Assembly (NCBI GenBank): GCA_963726455.1 | Contig: CAVSCK010000004.1 | Location: forward strand, 608,001-672,000 | Reading direction: 5' to 3' | DNA: 64,000 nucleotides | Source: an uncultured bacterium | GTDB taxonomy: Bacteria > Zixibacteria > MSB-5A5 > CAIYYT01 | Shown here: positions 30,663 to 38,624 of the stretch, piece by piece | Layout of the letters: every line of letters begins with the position of its first letter | Numbering within the stretch: the first letter of the stretch is position 1 | Notes under the pieces: model-generated | Seen by the model: only the letters and a program-made list of their open reading frames with translations | Told to the model about the DNA's origin: nothing | Database searches by the model: none | Position numbers and translations under genes: made by a program

Positions 30663-31408
30663 CAGAACCTCACCGTCCCTACGATGCGAACGCCGTCAAG
30701 ATCTGGATTTGGATAGACACCCAGATTGGTTCCGGACACATCAATGCCGTAGTCAGGAAAGAACAAGACCGCATCGAGGAGGTTGTAGAGCCAGATTCCG
30801 CCCAGTACCCCCAACGCGACGCTGCGATTCCGCTCGGCATCGTACGCGTCTTTCTGCACGGCGTAGAGCTTTGGAAGCATTGTTTGACGCTGCTCGACGG
30901 AACGAGTTTGACTGTAGAGCGCGTTGAAATCGTCATATTTGTTCCGGCGGTCACTATAACGAAGTTGCATTATCCCTACCACGGCACCTGCCACAGCCGC
31001 ACCGCCGGTCAGTACTGCTCCGCGCGTTCGACTGCCGGTATAACGTTGTCCCCAACCGGGAATGATCAACGATCTCATGGCGGCCCGAAGGCGGGTCTTG
31101 GGCGTCATCTTGATGTCAATCGACATAGCATCCCTGCCGGACAGGACAACACTCGAATGATAGGTCTCGTACCCTTCGTGATGCGCGGTGAGGGAATACA
31201 TTCCGCTAAGCTTCTGGGCGAAGGTCGTCGGCGTAACACCGGCCACTGTATAGTCGCCGGTCAAAATAACTGTAGCACCGGTCGGCCTGGAGGTGATACT
31301 CACTACCGGAGAGTTAGCCGACTGCGCCAATGCCACCACTGACAGACAAAAGAAAGCCGTCAGTAGCGACAGAATCCGTTCTGCTCTAAGCACATACAAG
31401 TTTTTCAT
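30662..31408 (-). CDS. PEGA-domain outer-membrane-associated protein (DUF5683-like C-terminal region)
   Basis: Signal peptide; ITSRPTGATV..GVTP PEGA; AMRSLIIPGWGQRY; WLYNLLDA; C-terminal Phe. Confidence 0.75.
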   Translation of the reverse strand: MKNLYVLRAERILSLLTAFFCLSVVALAQSANSPVVSITSRPTGATVILTGDYTVAGVTPTTFAQKLSGMYSLTAHHEGYETYHSSVVLSGRDAMSIDIKMTPKTRLRAAMRSLIIPGWGQRYTGSRTRGAVLTGGAAVAGAVVGIMQLRYSDRRNKYDDFNALYSQTRSVEQRQTMLPKLYAVQKDAYDAERNRSVALGVLGGIWLYNLLDAVLFFPDYGIDVSGTNLGVYPNPDLDGVRIVGTVRF

Positions 31409-31498
31409 ATCGGCGGGAATATATTCCTGCTCAAACGCCACTGCAAGTTTTTTGACAAAAAAAGTGGAATAACGCGACGGTTCCCGACGCGGCAAGCG

Positions 31499-32425
31499 CT
31501 ACATGCCGCGTGAACCCAGCATGACGACCACGGTACGTAACATAATCGTCACATCCTTGCGGATACCGCGCGATTCGATATAACGGATGTCATAATCCAC
31601 CTTGGATTTTACATCTTCTATCGAACCGTCGTACCCACGTTCTACCTGAGCTAATCCGGTAATTCCCGGAAGCACATCAAGGCGACGTGCATAAGTGTCA
31701 ATTTGCTGTGTCAGTTTCTGGACAAAGAAGGCACGTTCCGGACGCGGCCCAACGATGGCCATCTCGCCTCTCAGTACATTGATGAGCTGTGGAAGTTCAT
31801 CGAGGCGCGTCTTACGCAGGAATCTGCCGACGCGTGTGGTGCGCGGATCGTTCTTGGTCGCCCAAACCGGCCCGCATCTCTTTTCAGCGTCCGCCACCAT
31901 AGTACGGAATTTGAAAACCATGAACGGCTTGCCGAAAAGATTCTCTTTACGTCTGTCAATACTTTGCCTGCGACAGCGCAACAAACAGTCGTTGCAAGTG
32001 CGGCGAGCTTGACGGCGACGATTAACACCCACCCGCTGCTGCTTGTAGAAGATTGGTCCCGGAGAATCAAATTTGATTGCCAACCCGACCAGGCCCATCA
32101 GCGGTAGCAGACAGATCAATCCCAGCAGCGCACAAATCCAGTTAAACGCAAAACGTGCTCTATCGATCGGTGTCAAATAGCTTCTAGTGGTTATGCTCCG
32201 GCTTTTAGTCTTAGCCAGGAACGCAAATACGAAGGCATTGGAAACGGCGTATTCACCGAAAAAGTACTTAGTCCCTCTCAGAAATATGTTCCAGCTTTCC
32301 TTAAGCTGAACAACAGGCCGGATGTTCCAGCGCGGCTCCTCATAAACTATGTCTGAGTGGTAGCTCGCTGCCGATGCAGCTTTCAGATATTTCTGAGAGT
32401 GTCCCAACTCTTTGAGGGTACGCAT
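31499..32425 (-). CDS. Priming polyprenyl-phosphate glycosylphosphotransferase (Bac_transf, WcaJ/EpsE type)
   Basis: IKFDSPGPIFYKQQRVG, KFRTM, DPRTTRVGRFLRKTRLDELPQL, VGPRPER, PGITGLAQV. Confidence 0.92.
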   Translation of the reverse strand: MRTLKELGHSQKYLKAASAASYHSDIVYEEPRWNIRPVVQLKESWNIFLRGTKYFFGEYAVSNAFVFAFLAKTKSRSITTRSYLTPIDRARFAFNWICALLGLICLLPLMGLVGLAIKFDSPGPIFYKQQRVGVNRRRQARRTCNDCLLRCRRQSIDRRKENLFGKPFMVFKFRTMVADAEKRCGPVWATKNDPRTTRVGRFLRKTRLDELPQLINVLRGEMAIVGPRPERAFFVQKLTQQIDTYARRLDVLPGITGLAQVERGYDGSIEDVKSKVDYDIRYIESRGIRKDVTIMLRTVVVMLGSRGM

Positions 32426-32487
32426 AAAAATGTCGCTCCTTGGTTACTTGGCCAGTACCATGCAGCTCTATATAGGTCTAGTCTAGA

Positions 32488-32502
32488 GCAAATTCGTTGC
32501 CA
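32488..32502 (-). promoter_or_regulatory. Putative sigma54 promoter of the sugar transferase-prsKR operon
   Basis: Minus strand TGGCAACGAATTTGC, 62 nt upstream of the ATG. Confidence 0.7.
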
Positions 32503-32803
32503 GACGGATTTGCGCGGGAAACAGGGATGCCAAACGCCATCACCATCCGCGCATCTGCCTTCCTATCTCTCTCTTAAATAGCTGGTTATCCCGATAACTT
32601 AAGATGTTACTTCAGGTCGCCGCCTGATATAGATTTCTCCCCTTGGCAAATCCCCCTATTGCCGTCAACTTCTCGTGTCACATTTCGTGCAATTAGTTGC
32701 ACATTCGGTGTATTCTGTCAACTAAGCCGAAGCTTAGCACTGTGTTACAATTGGTACGACCGTGCTAAGCTTCGTGTTTGTGGAGAGGGCGAAAAAGTGG
32801 CTG

Positions 32804-33724
32804 CTATTTGCCGAAGCGGTAAGAAGCCGTTATCTGATGGATACCGTCCAAGGACGAGGACGGACGGTACGAGTAGTCGATGCCGACAGGACTGACATTC
32901 AGGCCAACACCGAAGCTCAGTCCACCTGAGGTAGCGGTCTGGTTCTGTAGTGATGAGCTATAGCCCACGCGCAGAGCCAGATTGCCGTTGTAATGGTATT
33001 CGATGCCTGATCCCATTGAGAACAGGCCTTCATTGCTCCGTGTGGCCCCCAGGGAGATGATCGAGCCCCCACCCAGCGTGCGGTATGCCGCGCCGACGTT
33101 GATCGTCTTGGGAAGGCCTACGCGCTCGTTTACGAACTTCAGCGAGCCACCCCAGTTGGCCATTTGAGCGCCAAGCGAGAACTGCCCCAAATCGGCAATT
33201 ACGCCTAAATCCGCAGTTATTGTGCGCGCAGAAAACGACCCTAATCGCTCGAAGACCGGCTTAACCGCTGCTCCAATTGATATTTCGTCAGTGAGCCGCT
33301 GCGAAAAGGCGACGTTGACGCACATCGAATAAGCGCTGAGGACTCCTGTGGAGTTCCCCTGAACGTCATAGCCCTCAATTGAGCCATAGCCAAGGTAATT
33401 CACCCCGAAGCCAATTCCTGAGCCGCTACCGAGCGGATAAGCGATGCCCAGGTTCTCCAGCTTGAGATCCTGATAGAGCTGGGAATGCGAAACTGAAATC
33501 TCGCCAATGCCCCGGCGGCCGATTCCGGCCGGATTGTAATAAAGCGCGCCGGCGCCTTCCGCGACTGCAACCCACGCACCACCGACAGCGGCGCCGCGCG
33601 AATAAGGCGATATTTTGAGGAATTCGCCGCTCGAAGTGCCTTCGCCGGCGATCAACTGAATGGAAAGTATGTTGAGGAATACGAGTAAAGATGTGAAGAC
33701 TTTTCTGAAGAAGACCCAACTCAT
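32804..33724 (-). CDS. PorV/PorQ-family outer-membrane beta-barrel protein
   Basis: EFLKISPYSRGAAVGGA.VA.AEGAGALYYNPAG N-terminal motif; alternating beta strands; IDYSY...HQITASYRF end. Confidence 0.85.
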   Translation of the reverse strand: MSWVFFRKVFTSLLVFLNILSIQLIAGEGTSSGEFLKISPYSRGAAVGGAWVAVAEGAGALYYNPAGIGRRGIGEISVSHSQLYQDLKLENLGIAYPLGSGSGIGFGVNYLGYGSIEGYDVQGNSTGVLSAYSMCVNVAFSQRLTDEISIGAAVKPVFERLGSFSARTITADLGVIADLGQFSLGAQMANWGGSLKFVNERVGLPKTINVGAAYRTLGGGSIISLGATRSNEGLFSMGSGIEYHYNGNLALRVGYSSSLQNQTATSGGLSFGVGLNVSPVGIDYSYRPSSSLDGIHQITASYRFGK

Positions 33725-33777
33725 CCGATTACCACTCCCGTGAAAGATGTTGTTATAAAACGTTCACGGAGATAATG

Positions 33778-33792
33778 GCAACCTCCATGCCG
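33778..33792 (-). promoter_or_regulatory. Putative sigma54 promoter of the PorV-like gene
   Basis: Minus strand CGGCATGGAGGTTGC, 53 nt upstream of the ATG; IHF-like TTTCAACAGCTTA at 33865-33877. Confidence 0.6.
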
Positions 33793-34036
33793 CCTGGCTC
33801 CGCCCTGCCCTGGAATTAGTCTTCCTTGTGTCGAACGTTTTCCGTTCAATACTATTCCTTTGTGTTTCAACAGCTTACCTGGCACACCCAAAAGCGCGAA
33901 CTCCAATGCGCCAGCCAAACTGTCACGTCAAAAAGTGAAGTAAATCACGGCTAGCTGTTCCGTCTCAGAACAAACGCCTTGTCCTGCGAGGCCGTATTAA
34001 ACGTACAAGGTTATTGCAGAGCGGCTTAACACCATC

Positions 34037-34072
34037 TGTGCAAACCGTGGACACCTGTACATTATGTCGGCA
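34037..34072. promoter_or_regulatory. Tandem TGT-N11-RCA candidate enhancer (activator-binding) boxes
   Basis: TGTGCAAACCGTGGACA (34037-34053) and TGTACATTATGTCGGCA (34056-34072), about 250 nt upstream of the sigma54 site. Confidence 0.45.
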
Positions 34073-34297
34073 GTAGCCGCGGAAAATCCAGTTACCGAAG
34101 TAGTATAGACAACCGACTCTACCTGTTGGAGTTGGCGGCCATTACACCACAAGTTATGGTAGAGACGCGAAGCCAGTCAACAATAACTAATTCAATTTGA
34201 AAATAAATTTTGGACTTTTTGCTGTCCCCCTGCTGAACAGTCAGCAAGAACCGGAATTGAGCAGCATTTAGAGTCCAGATAGCCGGTAGGAACTGTC

Positions 34298-35119
34298 TTA
34301 CGGAGTCTTTTTCGGCGCAGGTTTGGGCAATCGATCCCGGTACTTAACAAATCGCGCCTCATTTTCGACTCGAGTTGTATCGGCCTGAAACTGCGCGGCG
34401 ATCATTTGATTAACCTGATCGATGCGGACCTGTGTATCAGGATGCGACGCGGATAATTTTTCAAAGACATTCTCGGTCCCCGGCGCTAACGATTTCAATA
34501 TCTCGAATAGTTCCAGCGCGCCTTTTGGGTTGTAGCCGGCTGCTGTCATGTAGATGACGCCATACTTGTCTGCCTCAAGTTCGTTGGAGCGGGAGTATCC
34601 CTGCATGGCGATACCGAGTCCGGCGTTCACTACGTCTTTTGTAGCGCTCGCGTTGCTCCCGAAAGCAATCTGCTCTAGAATTGTCAGGCCAAACATCGAC
34701 TGCAATCGTTTGATCGAATGCCGCGCGACCACGTGGCTGATCTCATGCCCCGTTACGGCAGCGAGTTCTGCTTCGTTGTTGATGTGACGCAAGAGGCCGG
34801 TGTAAATGTAGACGTAGCCGCCGGGCGTTGCGAAGGCGTTGATTTGATCTGATTCGATAACGGTGAAGTGATATTGAATATCCTTGCGATCGCAGACATT
34901 GACAATCGATTGCCCGATCTCGTTGAAGTAATCCTGCCAAACGGTGTCAGCAAGGATCTTGTTCTCCTGCCGAATCTGCTTGTCGAACTCCTGCCCGAGT
35001 GAGACCTCTTCTCCGGAAGAGATGAAGATCAACGATTTCTTCCCGCCCGGACCGGTGGTGGCGCAGGAGAGAATCAGCGATACAATAATGACCGTAATCC
35101 AACTCGCGATATGCTTCAT
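34298..35119 (-). CDS. M48-family (BepA/Oma1-like) zinc metalloprotease lipoprotein
   Basis: Lipobox LILSC; INAFATPGG; GHEISHV; YSRSNELEAD; ASHP. Confidence 0.92.
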   Translation of the reverse strand: MKHIASWITVIIVSLILSCATTGPGGKKSLIFISSGEEVSLGQEFDKQIRQENKILADTVWQDYFNEIGQSIVNVCDRKDIQYHFTVIESDQINAFATPGGYVYIYTGLLRHINNEAELAAVTGHEISHVVARHSIKRLQSMFGLTILEQIAFGSNASATKDVVNAGLGIAMQGYSRSNELEADKYGVIYMTAAGYNPKGALELFEILKSLAPGTENVFEKLSASHPDTQVRIDQVNQMIAAQFQADTTRVENEARFVKYRDRLPKPAPKKTP

Positions 35120-35217
35120 ATGGGAGAGACCTCCTTTCGGCGTTGATACTACTTCGGCGCCTGTTTCATGTCAACCTAAACATTACGGACAGGATGGCGA
35201 GGCGGCGCAAACGAAAG

Positions 35218-35244
35218 CGCCGTCAGGAGTCTCTCCTGACGGCG
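35218..35244. repeat. REP-like palindrome, copy 1
   Basis: CGCCGTCAGGAG-tct-CTCCTGACGGCG, 12-bp perfect stem; near-identical to 37544-37574. Confidence 0.8.
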
Positions 35245-35334
35245 ATAATGGCGGAATTTAAATATCAGTTCCTACGGCAGTGCACTGCCGACGGCCAGGC
35301 AGTCAAATGGGTAAACGAAATGCGCATTCGCCTG

Positions 35335-35814
35335 TTATGCGCAGTGTGGTGACGCGCCTCCACTGAAGATATATTGTATCAAATACACCGCATCGGAAAT
35401 ATCAACGGCGCCATCTCCGTTCGCGTCGCCGAAGCCGTGTGGCACGTTACAATCTGCCGGAGCCGTCCCGCCCGAAAAGATGTAAGCGATCAAGAAGACA
35501 ACGTCGGAAATGTCAATCGCGCCGCTGCCATCGGCATCGCCGCAACTGTTACAGACTCCCGCGGTAAAATTCTGCTCAAACCCTTCGATCAGCTTAAGTG
35601 AACCGTTGGTGCCTCCACCCGCTGCACCCTGTCCCACCGTGCTGTACAACACCATGGTCCCCGAAGTGCCCCGCTGACCGCCCGGGGAAACGACTTGCCA
35701 CTTGAGTTGTTCGCCCGATCGAGTCAGATGCTCGTCCGCGAGCAGGCCGCTGTTCCAACTCGCCAGGATCATTATCATCACCGACATCATTGCCGAGAAG
35801 CTTATCTTTGTCAT
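35335..35814 (-). CDS. Small secreted protein with Gly-rich N-domain and C-terminal dockerin-like domain
   Basis: Signal peptide; WQVVSPGG..GTSG...LYSTVGQ...L.EGF; duplicated GDADGSGAIDISDVVFLI / GDANGDGAVDISDAVYLI. Confidence 0.85.
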   Translation of the reverse strand: MTKISFSAMMSVMIMILASWNSGLLADEHLTRSGEQLKWQVVSPGGQRGTSGTMVLYSTVGQGAAGGGTNGSLKLIEGFEQNFTAGVCNSCGDADGSGAIDISDVVFLIAYIFSGGTAPADCNVPHGFGDANGDGAVDISDAVYLIQYIFSGGASPHCA

Positions 35815-35823
35815 GGGCTACCC

Positions 35824-37336
35824 CTACTTCTTCTCGGACAAGAAGTTTCTCGACCATAGTGCGGAGTTGTTGAACTTCGGCCTCAAGTTGATCAATTTTC
35901 TTGGTCTTGTCATTCAATCGCTGTGAAAGTTCCTTGGCAACTGCAAGAGCAATGCCGGCCGGATCGATCGTCGAGATCGACTTGCCGTCGCTGCCGACGC
36001 CGAATGTGGCCTGAAAGTCCTGGGCCGTTGGGCCGATGTGTACGACGCCCGGATTACCTTTATAGTTCCACTTGGTGATCGCCAGTTGCGTGAGTTCCTG
36101 CAGCAATTTGGCGCCATCAATATCAGTGAAATTTTCTTTGGAATTGGCGTCCGAAGCGTTCACCCAATTGGTTCCGTCGCAATACGCGCCACCATCCACG
36201 TCTATTTTCTCAACAGGTGTCTTGCCGACTCCTACCTTTCCAGCAAAAAAACCGCTGCCGTCGGAAGCTAGGACGACCTTGTGAACGCCGCTTTCATCAA
36301 TCGCAATGTTGCCTTGAACTGTCCCGTCCGAAGACTTCGTTATCTGGTCGGCGATGTGAACGCCGCTTTCATCTATGGCGATGCTGCCCTGGGTTGTCCC
36401 ATCAGAGGCCTTAGTTATTTGGCTCGCGATGTGAACGCCTGGCTCGTCAATGGCGATGCCCGCTTGCCCGGAATCCACTGACGAGATGACTTGCCCGTCG
36501 ACTATGCCATCGCCATTAAAATCCATGCTGCATACGCTATGGGCAGCATCCAGGGAAGTGCTTGAGGAAGCTGAGACCGCTCGACCTGCCGGGCCGGTGC
36601 CCTTGGTGTTGATAGCGTGTGCGGCCATAGTGGCTGAGCTGGTTGATGTGACGCTGTTATCCGGGATGCCGTCGCCGTTGACATCCGTCCCCTCGACAAG
36701 GCGAGTCGCATCGGCGCCGGCATTAAGCAAAACGGCGGTGTGCTGGCCCCTGGCCCGGAGTTCGAGTTTGGTTGAGTCGTTGTCGGCAATGATCTTGGCC
36801 ACATGCACGCCCGATTCATCGATGGCGATGGAAGCCGAGTCATTAGCAGAAGTAAACGCAATACTTTTCGAGCCGAAGGAGTTGTTGGCAGTCATTCGGC
36901 CCGGGGAGGTCTGGATGTCGCCGGAGACGCTGCCGGATACCACCGAGTAAGGAGCAGCCGACAAGGGAGTACGGGGCAAAATTGGTGACTGACCCGCAAT
37001 CTGTATCTGAAGATAGCGAAGGACGGCTCCACCTTCCGTGCTCCCACCGGTGAGAAGATCCGAACTCAAAGGTGTAGTAGCACCCAGCGCGACCGTAAAC
37101 AAACCGTCGGCTACCTGAACATCCGTATGACTTTCAGTCCAAAGCAGTGTTCCTCCAACAGCAGCGTCGTAAATTTGATATATGATTGTGTAAGTTCCGG
37201 TAATCGGGTGGTCGGTGGTATCGAGAAGACGTCCCTGGTGATTTAGGACCAAGGGCACTGCGGCGAAAACACTGGATATCGCGACGGCAACACAAAGCAT
37301 TGCCATCATAATTGTCAGCCGATAAAATAATCTCAC
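35824..37336 (-). CDS. Secreted trimeric fibre-like adhesin with C-terminal S74 intramolecular chaperone; one extra base near 35843 makes the ORF track read through
   Basis: GTG start after GGAG; signal peptide; VP.VLNHQGRL.D N-domain; repeats; WVNAS|DANSKENF, WNYK, HIGPTAQDF...FG S74 motifs and coiled coil. Removing one base gives EKLLSEKK-stop 9 nt before the next ATG. Confidence 0.82.
36281..36505 (-). repeat. Intragenic 75-nt (25-aa) tandem repeat, core IAIDE[SP]GVH
   Basis: Plus-strand GTGAACGCC recurs at 36281, 36356 and 36431; a fourth core lies near 36804-36830. Confidence 0.85.
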
Positions 37337-37543
37337 TGAGATTTCTCCTTTTTGTCGCGGCGTTTGGGCAAGTTGTCGATTGGGTTTCGCATATATAACT
37401 AATTCGGTCTTATTAGTCAATGAATTTCGCACTTAGGTTTTGAAATCGTGCCAAATATAGGACGCAAATCCTCTGGTCGGGAGAATGCGAGGCAGACAGC
37501 CGTTCGGCCTTCCCGGATGACTTCCGGCTCGGACACAAAAGAG

Positions 37544-37574
37544 TGCGCCGTCAGGAATCTTTCCTGACGGCGCA
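37544..37574. repeat. REP-like palindrome, copy 2
   Basis: TGCGCCGTCAGGAA-tct-TTCCTGACGGCGCA, 14-bp perfect stem. Confidence 0.8.
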
Positions 37575-37663
37575 TAGCTTTGGGGTATACTGAGGGCATC
37601 CGCATTAGGCCCGACATGGGTTCACCAAAAACGGTGACGCCCGTGGCGGCCGTGAGGTACGGG

Positions 37664-38089
37664 CTACTTCTTCTTCGAGAAGACCATCGCTTTCACGCGA
37701 TTGCGCGCGGTGGGTTTGGCGCCTTCAGGAGCCGGAATAATCTTGCGGGATAATTCACGCGGCACCTGTTTTGAGGGCACAAAGTTGAACTGCTCGAAAT
37801 ACTTCGGCATGTCGGTTGCCAGCCAGATCGTTTCCGGGCCAGTGTCGAGCAGCTTCTTAACGATCATTTTGCCCCAGCCCTTACCGCGCTGCCCATCAGC
37901 AACTCCGATACACTCGATCTCTGCGTAATTGTCAATAACCCGTAAGCAACCATATGCCAAGAGCTTCTCGTCGCTCTTGAGGATGGTGAACTTTTCGGGC
38001 TGCATCAGATCGGGACCGAGCTGGAAGTGTTGGGCAAGGCGTCTGACCTGTCTAAATTCGGTCTCGGACGGCCTTTTGAAAATCAGCAT
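37664..38089 (-). CDS. GNAT-family N-acetyltransferase (ArgA-short-like)
   Basis: AEIECIGV...QRGKGWGK acetyl-CoA motif; YFEQFNF. Confidence 0.85.
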   Translation of the reverse strand: MLIFKRPSETEFRQVRRLAQHFQLGPDLMQPEKFTILKSDEKLLAYGCLRVIDNYAEIECIGVADGQRGKGWGKMIVKKLLDTGPETIWLATDMPKYFEQFNFVPSKQVPRELSRKIIPAPEGAKPTARNRVKAMVFSKKK

Positions 38090-38180
38090 CGTTTCCTCCG
38101 CACAAAACTACTAAAATACCGCTGCATAGCGGATCCACTTCTAGAACCAGCACCTGAGGCCGGTGCTATCGTAGACAAAA

Positions 38181-38209
38181 AATATACGCAATCTTGAGCG
38201 GATAGTCAA
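38181..38209 (-). promoter_or_regulatory. Putative sigma70 promoter of the GNAT gene
   Basis: Minus strand TTGACT-17 nt-TATATT. Confidence 0.6.
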
Positions 38210-38210
38210 C

Positions 38211-38609
38211 TTAAATCTTAAGTTTATCGGCCTGATCGCCCACGAATGGGATCGTAAACTCTTTCCCCTGAATGGAATAGAGAATTCCGGCAACGGCGCA
38301 GCCGACGGACAGGATTAGGAGCATTCCCCAGAACAGGTTAGATATAATGTCAAACATGAAGAAGACAGCCAGGATTTCAATGAAGAGCAAGATCAGCCCT
38401 TGTTTGCCGTGACGAAATGCAAACGGATTGTCACGCATTTTGGTGAGAGGTATGAAACAAAGGAACGGCACGTAGCCGAGAATGGCGGCGGCCTTCCCCT
38501 CTTCGATCATTGCCTCTTCATCTTTGGGAGGGATATACCCCTCTTCCCCGGTCTCTTCGCCGTTAATCCCGCCATTGGCAAGATTATCCGAGATGTCCTG
38601 ATCTTTCAT
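38211..38609 (-). CDS. DUF4870-like small membrane protein
   Basis: AILGYVPFLCFIPL...NPFAFRHGKQGL...G..FTIPFVG. Confidence 0.75.
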   Translation of the reverse strand: MKDQDISDNLANGGINGEETGEEGYIPPKDEEAMIEEGKAAAILGYVPFLCFIPLTKMRDNPFAFRHGKQGLILLFIEILAVFFMFDIISNLFWGMLLILSVGCAVAGILYSIQGKEFTIPFVGDQADKLKI

Positions 38610-38624
38610 GAACTCACTCCTCGC

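Noticed and set aside
35594-35823. Apparent 220-nt overlap of the 612-aa fibre ORF with the dockerin gene
   Set aside because: Explained by one extra base near 35843; correction yields a natural stop just before the next RBS and start.
36281-36505. 75-nt periodic repeat as a CRISPR array or DGR template
   Set aside because: In-frame coding repeat with synonymous divergence; no cas or reverse transcriptase gene and no adenine-specific mismatch pattern.
35824-37336. Prophage remnant because of the S74 tail-fibre chaperone
   Set aside because: The protein has a Sec signal peptide and there is no integrase, capsid, terminase or other phage gene nearby.
37438-37453. TTGGCACGATTT upstream of the fibre gene as a sigma54 promoter
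   Set aside because: Good -24 element but the -12 position reads CAAA rather than TTGC.
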